Source of the DNA: Piromyces finnis finn
Taxonomy: Eukaryota; Fungi; Neocallimastigomycota
DNA length: 64,000 bases
Direction: 5' to 3'
Assembly (NCBI GenBank): GCA_002104945.1
Contig: MCFH01000004.1
Location: 310,001-374,000, forward strand
The position numbers were made by a program, and so were the translations under genes. The notes beneath the pieces are model-generated. The model was not told the origin of the DNA and did not search any database. It worked only from the letters and a program-made list of their open reading frames with translations. This document shows, in pieces, positions 36,258 through 46,653 of this stretch. The stretch's first letter is position 1, and every line of letters begins with the position of its first letter.

Positions 36258-36863
36258 TGTAATGTTGAACACTGAAAGAATAGATTAGGATATCTATTCT
36301 ATTACAATAACACAAAAATTTGAAAAAATAAAATAAAAAATTGTTTTATAAAATATCTTTTATTATAATAGAATTTTAATAATAACAATTACATCGATAA
36401 AATGATGAAAAATATCTTCTATTTATATTTTTCCTAAATACATTTATATTATATTATAACTATTTATTTCTTATATATTATTATTTAAAATCTACACTAA
36501 AATCTTAATTATTAATAAATATTTAAACTATAACTATTTTTAGTAAAATACAATTGGCAATTCAAATTAAGTACCATTTAATTTGAATATGTGCCCATGT
36601 ATTATTGATATATTAATCATTTATTATTGATCTATTTCTAAAAAAAAACAATACTAAAACTAGGTATTTAAATTGAGAATATTAATTTACTTGTTAAACA
36701 TTAAAAATAAATTAATAATTTATTTTGTTTTAAACTTTAATTATTAATAAATAAATTATGTCTCATTTTCTTTTTCTGAATATAATTTGTGTAACTTAAA
36801 CAATAATACTTGTGGCTTAAGTTACATTAAAGATATCAAACAGAGGCGTTTGATATCTTTACA
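36258..36863 (-). mobile_element. Solo LTR, diverged variant of family B, in pol of element A
   Basis: B-like LTR with several substitutions and indels; TSD GCAGC on both sides. Confidence 0.94.
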
Positions 36864-38398
36864 GCAGCTAGTTGAACTTGTGACAACTTCCGAACTTTAG
36901 CTTTAATGGGTTTAGCGCCCTCAACAAGTTCAATGTGGTGTGACCGGAGTTTTGAACGTTGGAGATCATCAGTGGAACAAGCAATAACATCACGAAAAGA
37001 AAATAGAAGACTTTGAAAATCATCTACAACAATCGGTTCTTCAGACTTATATGAAGGAATAAGATTATGTAATTCCTCAACTTTACCTAGAATTAGATCC
37101 TCCTTATTAAGAATAGGCTCGTTCTTGAGAGCAGCTACAATTGGTTTCCTATCAGAAGAGGGAAATAAGTAACAGTAATAGCACAAAGAGTTAAAAGAAT
37201 TAATATCAATAATAGGAGTGAGAGGTTCCAGAGTACCTTGACGTGTCTTAACACAAACAGTTTTATCGACTGCATCAACAATAATCCGTTGATCATGTTG
37301 AACTTTCAAACCAATCAGAGCATCATAAAATACGTCGTCATTATCGCAAATGCGGAATAGGACCGGAAAGGTAAGAGAACCAATACACACATTGAGTTCA
37401 ACCAAATCAAAGGTACGAAGGTTATCATCAGCCATAGCCTGTTGAATTTTGCTGTATACTTGGCCTTCAATTTTGAAATCGTTTATATTATCTAACAAGA
37501 ATTTCCTCGAAACCAAGTTAATATTACTGCAGGAATCAACTAAAAGAAAAGCCTTATGTCCATTCAGTAAGGCATGAACTACGGCAATGTCGTGGTCTTT
37601 TACGGCACCCGACACATAGTCGTGATGAGGATTATTAACGACTTGTAGTTCCAGCGGCTTATTATCCTGTTCGACCATACCCATGACAATAGAGCTAGAG
37701 GGAACAAGTTCCTTCTTTAAGTTGTTGGCAAGATCCATACGAGATTGGTTGGATAATTCCAAGAGTTGGGCGAAAGTCACATTAGCCTTAGTATTTTTCA
37801 AGTCTTCGCAGATATCATATCTATTTGTCCCTTGAGATAACTTCATGACTTGTATAGTTTTTTCTTTTGGGCCTAAGGGCTGTACAAGGGCGCTTCCGAT
37901 ATTAGGAGAGGAAGTAATAGGACTTTTACTTTTCTTTTCACTTTTCGGCTTGGAAACATTTTTAAAAGATACAGATTTAACATGGCTCTCGGACTTACGG
38001 ACATCTGGAGGTGCCTGAGTTTGTTCAAAATCCATTTCAACACTAATTACGTTTGGGAACGAGGGGGATTCGAACGCATGACCTGGGGACTGGGGGTTCG
38101 AGACAGTGCCCGCTGCACCATTGTGGTTATTTTCCTGAAAATTTTTTGAAGAGGGAAGATTCACCTGGGGGTGTGCCTGAGATGGTTGTGAGCTCACCGG
38201 AGATGTAGGAGGAGTAGTAGTATCAGAATTCGAGGAGGTGAGCGAGTTGCGTCTCTTCGTTTGAGCTGATTCCTCCTCATCTGTAGGGTCTAATTTCCTT
38301 TTAGCTACAGCAATTATATCCTTTTTGACCGTAGATTCCGATGGTGAGTGACCCATTTGGTTACTGGAGGTGGATCGACCTCCATTTAGTGATTTAAA
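36864..38398 (-). pseudogene. Element A pol 5' part: Ser/Pro-rich spacer and aspartic protease, in the -1 frame relative to gag
   Basis: YDICEDLKNTKANVTFAQLL; LLVDSCSNINLV (protease active site); HHIELVEGAKPIK. No ATG is available in the gag overlap. Confidence 0.88.
38350..38398 (-). promoter_or_regulatory. Predicted -1 ribosomal frameshift signal: U_UUA_AAU slippery site plus stem-loop/H-type pseudoknot
   Basis: Gag codons CGT TTA AAT CAC TAA; 7-nt spacer; stem UGGAGGU/ACCUCCA; loop GAUCC can pair with downstream GGGUC. Confidence 0.75.
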
Positions 38399-39333
38399 CG
38401 ACCACAGTCTTTTTGGAGGTGTCCTGGTTGATGGCAGCGATAACACACTTTTTGGGAAAAGTTACCAGACGCATGAGGGGTATTCCTAGGCTGAGTGTAA
38501 GATGAATTATACCTGTTTTGATACTGATTTGGAGGATTATAAGCAGGATAAGGAGTGTAATATTCAGATTGATGATAAGTGGCATAACCATCACCCATTG
38601 GTGCAGGAGGCCTGTTGTTGAAATAAGGATCTGAGTAACTAGGTCCAGGAGCTTGGACAGGAGCAACCGGTGTTGAAGGATAATTGTAACTGGAATTATT
38701 GGAATATCCATAAGAATAAGGGTTAGGATTGGAATAATGACTATCCATCGGACGATACTGTGGTGTATAAGCACCATGAGGATTATAACCAGGAGTAAAG
38801 CTACTGGAATAAGAGGCGTATTCTTTCCAGTATTCGTGGTTCTTTGCAGTTTGGCAAGCCTCATCAATAGTTGCGGGCTCGCGAATGGTGAGGGCATGTT
38901 GTAATTCTGGACGACTACGGATAGCATGCATATAGTCGTACACAGAAACTCTGGGGCGATATTCCGCATCCAAAGAATGGTAAAGGTCCAAAAACCTATT
39001 ATTGAATTCATCCACTGTTTCTCCAGGACGAATAACCATAATCTTTAATCGGCGAAAACCATCCTGTTTGTTGTTCAAATAGGCTAACCTATTTCTAATT
39101 GATGGCATACATTCATCCAAAGAGGGTGGCCTGTTCCACATGCGTTCAAACCTAATTAGTTCATCAACAATTTCTGGGAAATCGATACAACCGACAATGG
39201 TATCGAACTTTTCATTCTCATCAACAATGCCTTCTCTAGAAAACCATGCTTCCATCTGACGTTTCCACACATCTTCGTTGCAATGGGTTTTGTCCAAGAT
39301 AGGAAGTCTATAATACGAAGATCTATTAGCCAT
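38386..39333 (-). CDS. Element A Gag with Tyr/Pro-rich region and CCHC zinc knuckle (315 aa, open)
   Basis: MANRSS..GETVDEFNNRFLDL..EPATIDEACQTA..CYRCHQPGHLQKDC. Confidence 0.9.
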   Translation of the reverse strand: MANRSSYYRLPILDKTHCNEDVWKRQMEAWFSREGIVDENEKFDTIVGCIDFPEIVDELIRFERMWNRPPSLDECMPSIRNRLAYLNNKQDGFRRLKIMVIRPGETVDEFNNRFLDLYHSLDAEYRPRVSVYDYMHAIRSRPELQHALTIREPATIDEACQTAKNHEYWKEYASYSSSFTPGYNPHGAYTPQYRPMDSHYSNPNPYSYGYSNNSSYNYPSTPVAPVQAPGPSYSDPYFNNRPPAPMGDGYATYHQSEYYTPYPAYNPPNQYQNRYNSSYTQPRNTPHASGNFSQKVCYRCHQPGHLQKDCGRLNH

Positions 39334-39382
39334 AGCAAAAATTTACTGAAATTTAAAGGGTTAGGTATTAATGAGTAAACAA

Positions 39383-39420
<38 letters not shown>

Positions 39421-39838
39421 ATTTAACTGAAAATAATATAACAAACTAATTATTTAATATATTTTATTTATCAAGTTTAGTTTTCGACCTCCACTTCGGG
39501 CCCTCACTAATAAATACTTTATTCTAACAGTGGGTTAGAATGGTGATATTTCTTTAATAGCTGCCGGAAGCGCTCTACTCTCCTAATGAATATTTAAGAA
39601 CTGATATGGTAGTTACCAACTCTTAAATAACCTCAATAAATAACTGGAGTAAATATACTAAACTTTAATAATTTATACGCAAGCGTTGTAGCTGTCTAAT
39701 ATAAACTACTTAATTATATTATATTATTAAAAGAATAACAACTTTTTATATCCTTTTCTACTTCTAAGTAGTAAAGGAGGAAAATAACAATAAAACTTGT
39801 TTTAAAAATCGAAAAAAAAAAAAAACACTATTCTTTCT

Positions 39839-39857
39839 ATCCCCGATATCTCCACCA
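39839..39857 (-). promoter_or_regulatory. Primer-binding site of element A, complementary to a tRNA 3' end (probably tRNA-Ala)
   Basis: TGGTGGAGATATCGGGGAT starts 3 nt after the 5' LTR. Its complement ..ATCCCCGATATCTCC-A-CCA has the U70-C71-C72-A73 acceptor end typical of tRNA-Ala. Confidence 0.75.
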
Positions 39858-39860
39858 AGT

Positions 39861-40279
39861 TGATACGGGTTAATTTTATGTAGAAAGAATTAAACTTTAA
39901 TTAATATATATTTTATTAATAATTTTATTTATAACGTTCCAATATTTCTATTCTGTCTAAATACTAAAACGTTCTGTCGTTGTCAAATATTAAAATTCTA
40001 ACTAAAACAAGAAGCCCTTTTTAATAATATTTATTCTAGTCTATTTATACTAATGAGGCTTACTTAATAATTAATTGTCCAATTATAAGGCTGGAACTAT
40101 ATGGATCATTCATTTACAATACTCTTTTACATTACATGATATTACATTTGTCGTACATTTACATTATATTCTTATACATTGTAGAAATAATTAATATTAT
40201 AATAAATCTATATAAATTTAATATTAGGAAAAATTACTAATATAATAATATGTTCAAGTCACATATTATTTTTATATCA
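39861..40279 (-). repeat. Element A 5' LTR
   Basis: Near-identical to 17640-18058; followed on the minus strand by the PBS. Confidence 0.96.
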
Positions 40280-40836
40280 TATTAGTTTATTTTTTAACAA
40301 AAAAAGTTTAAATAGATTAAAATTAAAATTTATCCACTTTTTTATTTTTTATATCACCACCACCACCATTAAATCTTTTTAAAATTGTATTTTCAATGAA
40401 ATAGTATAATAATCATTTCTTTCTTTTTATATAATATAACAATATATGATATTTTTATTTATCCTTTTTTTTTTTTTTTAAAGAATATATCAATAGTATA
40501 TAATATGTATTCTAATTCTTTTTTTTTCTTTTCTTTCTTTAAATTATCAATAAGAGAAATAATTTTTTTAAAAAAAAATAATTGGTACCTAATAATAAAA
40601 AAAAAAAAAATAAAAGAAATAAAATCAATACTACAACTACAACCACTAATACAACCACTAATACAACAACTAATACAACCACTAATACAACCACTAATAT
40701 TATTACTTTTTATTTTCTAATTCTCTTATGTTTCAGTAAAAAGTCATTCATTTTTTTTTATTATTTTATTTGGTGACAAAAAATAATATTTATAAATTTT
40801 TTTTGAAAAGTTTAATGTTTCATTTTACATAAAAGA

Positions 40837-40838
<2 letters not shown>

Positions 40839-40892
<54 letters not shown>

Positions 40893-40948
40893 GTAAATAA
40901 ATAAGTAAATAAATAAATAAATAAGTAAATAAGTAAATAAATAAATAA
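40839..40948. repeat. (AAAT)n microsatellite with AAGT variants
   Basis: Visible tetranucleotide run. Confidence 0.92.
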
Positions 40949-42239
40949 TTTCATATTTTATTTAAATCATTTAATAAAAAAAATAAAAAATAATATTTTT
41001 TTAAGAAAAAGTGTTCTTTTTTAATGAAAAAAGAAATAAAATGAAATATATCATGTAAAAGAATGAATATTTTTTATTATCTTTTTATTATCTCCCTTTT
41101 AGTGAATAAAAGTAAAAAAAAAATTATGGATTATATTTTATTTTTATAATGTTTATAATGTATATAAAATTAAAATTTGAATTAAAATTAAATTTTTTTT
41201 TTAATAAATTTTTTTAGAATTAGACGGTGTGTGGTAAGTGTATGAACCACTTTTTAAAGAAATAAATAATATTAAAATTAAAAAAGTATATATTTAGAGA
41301 TATTTAAATATATACCTTTTTTTTTTTTAAGAAAAAAGGTTTTAAAATTTTTTCATATCAAAATTCCGTACAAAAGAAAAAAAAATTGTACAAACTTTTT
41401 TTTTTTTTAAATAGATACTTCAAAAAAAAAAAAAAAAGATTATATATAAAAAATTTAAACTTTAAATTAAAAATTTAGTTTATAAGATTTTTAATAAAGA
41501 GAGAGAACGGCCTGTTGTTTTTCTATTTTTTTTTTTTTTTTTTTTATAAATTATTAAAACTTTTTATTCTAATGTTTTTGTTTTGAATTATTTAACTCTA
41601 AATAATAAAAATAATTAAATTTATTATCAATAACAATATTATTTTTATTATAAAAAAAAAAAAATAATAAAGATAATTTATTAGTATAATAACTTTTTTT
41701 TTTTTAAATTTCTATATTTTAATGAGACTTTTTTTTTTTTTTAACTATTGTACCTTGTAATTGTAAATTTAATTTATTTTAAATTCAGTTTGAATGATTT
41801 CTTTTTTTTTTTCTTTTTTTATATATTTTATATTATTATTATCATTATTATATATGAAAGTGTAAAGGATACTCATTAAATAAATAAAGCTACATCTATA
41901 TAACTTTTTTTTTTTCTCTTTATTTTTATTGATATAAAAAATATAAATATTATAATACTACTTCTATATTTAATTTTTATTTCAAAATAAAAAAAAAATA
42001 AAACAAAATAATAAAATAAACATTTTTTTTCTTGACTTTTTTTTTTTTATTGTTAATATTATTAATATATAAACTTTTAATAATTTATAAAGTTTTTTTT
42101 TTATTATTATTTTGTTAATGAAATTAAAGTCTATAATTACATATATATTTTAAAGTAATCTTAATTTTAAGAAATTCCGGAGATATACTTGTTTATTAAA
42201 AGTTTAATATTTCTTTTTTATTTTCATATAAAAGGGAAA

Positions 42240-42276
<37 letters not shown>

Positions 42277-42465
42277 ATTTTTGTAAAATATAAGACAAAA
42301 AAATATTTTTAATAAATAATTTAAAAATTTATAGATTTTGAAATACTATCATCTTTATTAAAAAAATAAAATTTTTATATAAGTTTATTAATATATATAA
42401 TATAAAAGAAAAATTTAAAAGATAATATTTTTATTTTTTTTAATTTTTTTTTTTTTTTTTTGGAA

Positions 42466-44096
42466 ATGAAATTCTTTTTACCCATTACTATTATTACATC
42501 TACTTTATTAGCCAATGTTAAGGCTAGATGGCATCCAGCTCCTGGTCTTACATGGGATTACCTTCTTGGTGCATCTAATAGTGTAATGTAAGTTTTTTCT
42601 TTTATAGTTTTTTACCTATTTTGTTTTGTCATTTATTGTCTCTTTTCATTGTTTGTTATAATTTTATTAAATAAAATAAAATATTTATTACGGTTACTTT
42701 TTTCCCCCCTCCATATCTATTATCCCTGTGACTTTATTAATAATACTTTATTACATTATATATATCATCTATAGTGAAAAAAGTAATCAACAAGTAGTTA
42801 CTATTGATCTTGAAAAAGCTCAAACCTATGTTCCTTATTTCCATAGTAGAGGTCAAAAAGTTATATGTTACTTTTCAGGTGGTACCACTGAATATCGTTC
42901 TGATAGAACTGCTTATGAAAAAGCAAACATTGTTTTAAAGAGTGGTAGTGGTGATGGTTGGGGTAATCAATGGCTTGATATTAGAAATAAAGCTAAACTT
43001 CAACCTTTAATTAGAAATCGTATGAAAAGAGCTTATAGTTATGGATGTGATGCCGTTGAAGTTGATTGTCTTGGTATTTATAATTATCGTAGTGATTATA
43101 CCGAAGAGGATTCCTACGTTTTTGCGAAATGGGTAGCTCAAACAGCTCATGAAGAAAATCTTTCCATTGGTCTTAAAAATGTTGCAGGTATTGCTAAAAG
43201 ATTAGAACCTTATTTCGATTTTGCTATTGTTGAAAGTTGTGCTGCTTCTCCAAACGTTTGTAATATTTATAAAGTATTTTCTGATAATAATAAAGCTGTT
43301 TTTATGGTTCATTATGGAAATCTTGGTTATAAACTTTCTGGTTCATCTTTAAATACCTTAATAAAGGAACAAGGTGGTCGAGGTTTTACCTGTATTTTAA
43401 ATGAACATCAATATTTACAAAAAAATGGTATCAATTATAATTGTAGCACTGGAGCCGTTATTAGTTAAATATTTTTTTTTTTGTTTTATATAAATATAAA
43501 TATATATTATTATTAGTATTAATATTTTTAAAGATCAATATAAACCTATGAAAATTTTAATCTTTATTATAATAATGAAAGAAATAGATATAATTTTTTT
43601 TTTTTTTTTTGGAATAAATATATAAATATTTGTTTAATGATAGAAAAGCAAAGATGAATCAATGAATGAATGAATGAAAAAAAAAAAAAGATACATTATT
43701 ATAATTATTATAATCTAACACACATTCTTTATTCATATTATTATATTAAAATAAAAATAAATAATAGGTTCTACTTCAAAAATTACTACTACCACCACTA
43801 AAGCTAGTTCATCTCTTCCAACTTCAACAGGTAAATGTGGTAAAGATATAGCTACATGTGGTACCAGTTGTTGTAGTAAATATGGTTATTGTGGTATAAC
43901 TGAAGCCTATTGTGGAACTGGTTGTCAAATTGGTTTTGGTAGTTGTAGATGTGGTCTTGTCAATAAAAATGGTAAAACAGTAAACTTTGGTAAATGTCCT
44001 TCAGGTTATTGTTGTAGTACAAAAGGTTATTGTGGTAAAACAAAATCTTATTGTAATGCAGGTTATTGTCAAAGTAGCTATGGTATTTGTAATTAA
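42466..44096 (+). CDS. Secreted GH114-family glycoside hydrolase (alpha-1,4-galactosaminidase-like) with Ser/Thr linker and two CBM18 chitin-binding modules; 3 exons (42466-42587, 42775-43463, 43768-44096)
   Basis: Signal peptide MKFFLPITIITSTLLANVKA; RWHPAPGLTWDYLL; VVTIDL; KVICYFSGG; WLDIR; GCDAVEVD; LSIGLKN; FDFAIVESC. Then two CG..C...CCSxxGYCG...C...CQ..GxC repeats. The second splice is inferred from frame continuity. Confidence 0.82.
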
Positions 44097-44388
44097 GTTT
44101 TTGAAAAAAAATATCCATTATTATAGAAAAAGAAAAGGAGAAAAGAAAAGTAACTTTTTTTATTTTCCTTTTCCCTTGATTTATAGCTTTCTTTCCTGTT
44201 TTGAATGATTTAATTTTTTAAAAAAAATTTTTTTTTTAAAAGTTTTTTTTTTTTTCATTATTCCTATTTAAAAGAATGTATATAAAATAACTTTTAAAAC
44301 TTATGTAAATAGAATCAAGTATTTTAATATTTGTTTATTATAAAAAAAAAAAAAAAGAAAAATCATTGAAATTGGAATGTTATAAATA

Positions 44389-44423
<35 letters not shown>

Positions 44424-44728
44424 AAATATTGTTTTAATTTTGAAATAAATAGGTTCTTTTTTTTTTAAAATCAACTACAGCAAATTTTCCTATAAAAAGA
44501 ATATTTCCATAAAGTATCAGCAACCGTTTACTTTCTACTTATAGACACACACTATACTTTAATTATTTACTTATCAGCGCATTTTCTTTTTATAAATATC
44601 GTTTAACCTTTTGATATTTTCATTCTTTACAATGGAAAGAAAAATAATATTTTTTTTTTTAAATCTATTATATAATTATTTAAAACTTAACAATTACATA
44701 TTATAAATATTATAAAGCCCTTTTAAAT

Positions 44729-44759
<31 letters not shown>

Positions 44760-45018
44760 CTAAATAAATATTTTTAAATATTTTTAATTTTTATTTATAT
44801 TTTTTTTTTCTTTTTGTTAAAATATATACATATTCTTTCATTTTTTTTATTTAATAGATATTCTTGATTTATATTGATGTAATATACTCAATATATTACT
44901 TTTTTTTTTTTTTTTTTACTATTTTTTTATTTTTATTTTTATTATTATTATTAATTTTTTTTTTAAAATTTCTTATGTTCCATTTTCCTTATTATGGTTT
45001 AGAGAGGGAAGAAAAGGG

Positions 45019-46653
45019 TTAACATTTAGTTGAATCAATTAAACACCAATCATTATTTTCAACACCCCAATCACCATCGGAATCAGTAGTATAGACTTCA
45101 CAAGTATTTTGACAACATGGGAATCCTTGGGCACCATTACATTTAGAACTACTAGAATTAGATTGACAAGTTTTTGGAATACCACACCAATTGTTATTTT
45201 CAATACCCCATTCACCATCATTATCCTTGTAGGCAACATTGATACATGATTTACAACATGAATAACCTAATGAAGTAGACCAGCAAGAAGCACTTTGGTT
45301 GTTATTATTACCAGTGTTAGTGTTACCAGAGGATCCAGCAGATTCAATAGTCCAAGTTTGATTACTCTTTTCTTCATCAGACCATTGGCAAATGTTAGTA
45401 CCTTCATCAGTTCTAGCACCTTCAACGTCAAGAGCTCTTTGACCATTACTAGCTTGAGTATCAATAACGTAAACATTAGATTCAAAGGTTTCTCTAATGA
45501 TAAACTTTTGAGCATCACCACCATGAATAGAGTAAATTTGAATGTTGGCACCATTTTCACCAGAACCGTTACTGACATCTAAAGCATAATCACCAAATTC
45601 ACTAATTAAGAGAACAGTACCATCATTGTTATTGTAAATCTTCCACTTTTGTTTAGTGGAACTAATTTGAACATTTTGACCGTTAGCACCAACAGCACCC
45701 TTAACTGAAAGATACTTGTTGGAACCAGTGTTTTTAATGTAATACCATCCATCTTCGAATTTTTTAGAAGTAGAAGTTTGGTTGTTATTGTTACTTTGGT
45801 TGTTGTTACTATTTCCATTATTTTCAACCTTAACATCACCAAGAAGTTTTAACATAGTTTCAGCGTAACGTTGACCAAAAGTACGGTAAGCAGCAGAAGT
45901 AAAGTGAAGACCATCTCCTTGTTGAGATAAACCAGAGGATGAAATAACGTGAGCATTTGGAATGACTTGTGGAAGTTTAGCAATGACACCATTGTGGTAA
46001 GCACAAGCACCACCAACATCACCAGAAACAACTTCACCAGCAAGAAGTGGAACTTCACTAGCATTTAAACCTAAATCCTTAATAATATTATCGTAAATGC
46101 CCTTAACACGGTTTGGCCAGTCTTGTTGACCAGTGTTAGTTTCACCTTGGTGAAGAAGAATACCCTTAATAACACCGTATTGTTGAGCCTTCTTACCAAC
46201 ATCAATTAAACGACCATATGGGTTACCACCGTAACCACTAACAATACCTTTCATCCAATCTGGCATATCGTAACTTTGATATTTATCTTTTTCAAAAAGT
46301 TGAATATCACAACCTGCAACAGCAACAACAGCAACACCTACCTTTATTTCCTTTGGTAATTCTTTAATTAAAGTACGACCAAAATAATCTACTGGACCTA
46401 AACCACCAGCACAATTAGCAAGTGGTGGAATAGCATCATACCATTCACCTACTCTTCTGTTATTACAACCACCAGCAGTGGCTAACATTTTGAAACGACT
46501 ATCTACTGATTTATCTTGACCTTCAATATCACCAGCACCTTGCATATTAGATTGACCAAAAGCTAAATAAATGTGATAATTTGGATCTGGAGCAGCCCAT
46601 GCTACAGAAAATACTGTAGATAAAAGTGTTGTAATAGCTAAAGAAACCTTCAT
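45019..46653 (-). CDS. Secreted CE6 acetylxylan esterase + ricin-B/CBM13-like lectin domain + two fungal dockerin (CBM10-like) modules; intronless
   Basis: Signal peptide; APDPNYHIYLAFGQSNMQG (SGNH Ser block), ILLHQGETN, GDGLHF; QxW repeats (KQKW, AQKF, NQTW); CWSTSLGYSCC..WGIENNNWC and GFPCC..WGVENNDWC. Confidence 0.94.
   Translation of the reverse strand: MKVSLAITTLLSTVFSVAWAAPDPNYHIYLAFGQSNMQGAGDIEGQDKSVDSRFKMLATAGGCNNRRVGEWYDAIPPLANCAGGLGPVDYFGRTLIKELPKEIKVGVAVVAVAGCDIQLFEKDKYQSYDMPDWMKGIVSGYGGNPYGRLIDVGKKAQQYGVIKGILLHQGETNTGQQDWPNRVKGIYDNIIKDLGLNASEVPLLAGEVVSGDVGGACAYHNGVIAKLPQVIPNAHVISSSGLSQQGDGLHFTSAAYRTFGQRYAETMLKLLGDVKVENNGNSNNNQSNNNNQTSTSKKFEDGWYYIKNTGSNKYLSVKGAVGANGQNVQISSTKQKWKIYNNNDGTVLLISEFGDYALDVSNGSGENGANIQIYSIHGGDAQKFIIRETFESNVYVIDTQASNGQRALDVEGARTDEGTNICQWSDEEKSNQTWTIESAGSSGNTNTGNNNNQSASCWSTSLGYSCCKSCINVAYKDNDGEWGIENNNWCGIPKTCQSNSSSSKCNGAQGFPCCQNTCEVYTTDSDGDWGVENNDWCLIDSTKC

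Larger units (their letters stand above)
17640..40279 (-). mobile_element. Element A: Ty3/gypsy LTR retrotransposon (no chromodomain), host of six nested insertions
   Basis: Direct repeats 17640-18058 and 39861-40279 (419 bp, TG..CA, terminal TGATA/TATCA); 4-bp TSD TATT (17636-17639, 40280-40283); PBS 39839-39857; purine tract abutting the 3' LTR; gag, then PR-RT-RH-IN on the minus strand. Confidence 0.96.

Noticed and set aside
34133-36863. Two pol ORFs ending in the same peptide VKISNASV
   Set aside because: Read-through into the identical start of B-family solo LTRs, not a protein motif. The same applies to the ORF-track ends at 30677, 33612 and 36272.
38066-38076. GGATTCGAACG resembling a tRNA T-loop/B-box
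   Set aside because: No T-stem pairing or cloverleaf; it lies inside the pol frame (HAFESP).
40505-40776. ORFs with (TTTN)n or (IQPL)n repeats
   Set aside because: Derived from a 12-bp ACAACCACTAAT minisatellite flanked by homopolymers; no gene context.
45039-46064. Several overlapping and antisense ORFs within the CE6 gene
   Set aside because: Expected by-product of strong codon bias; no independent features.
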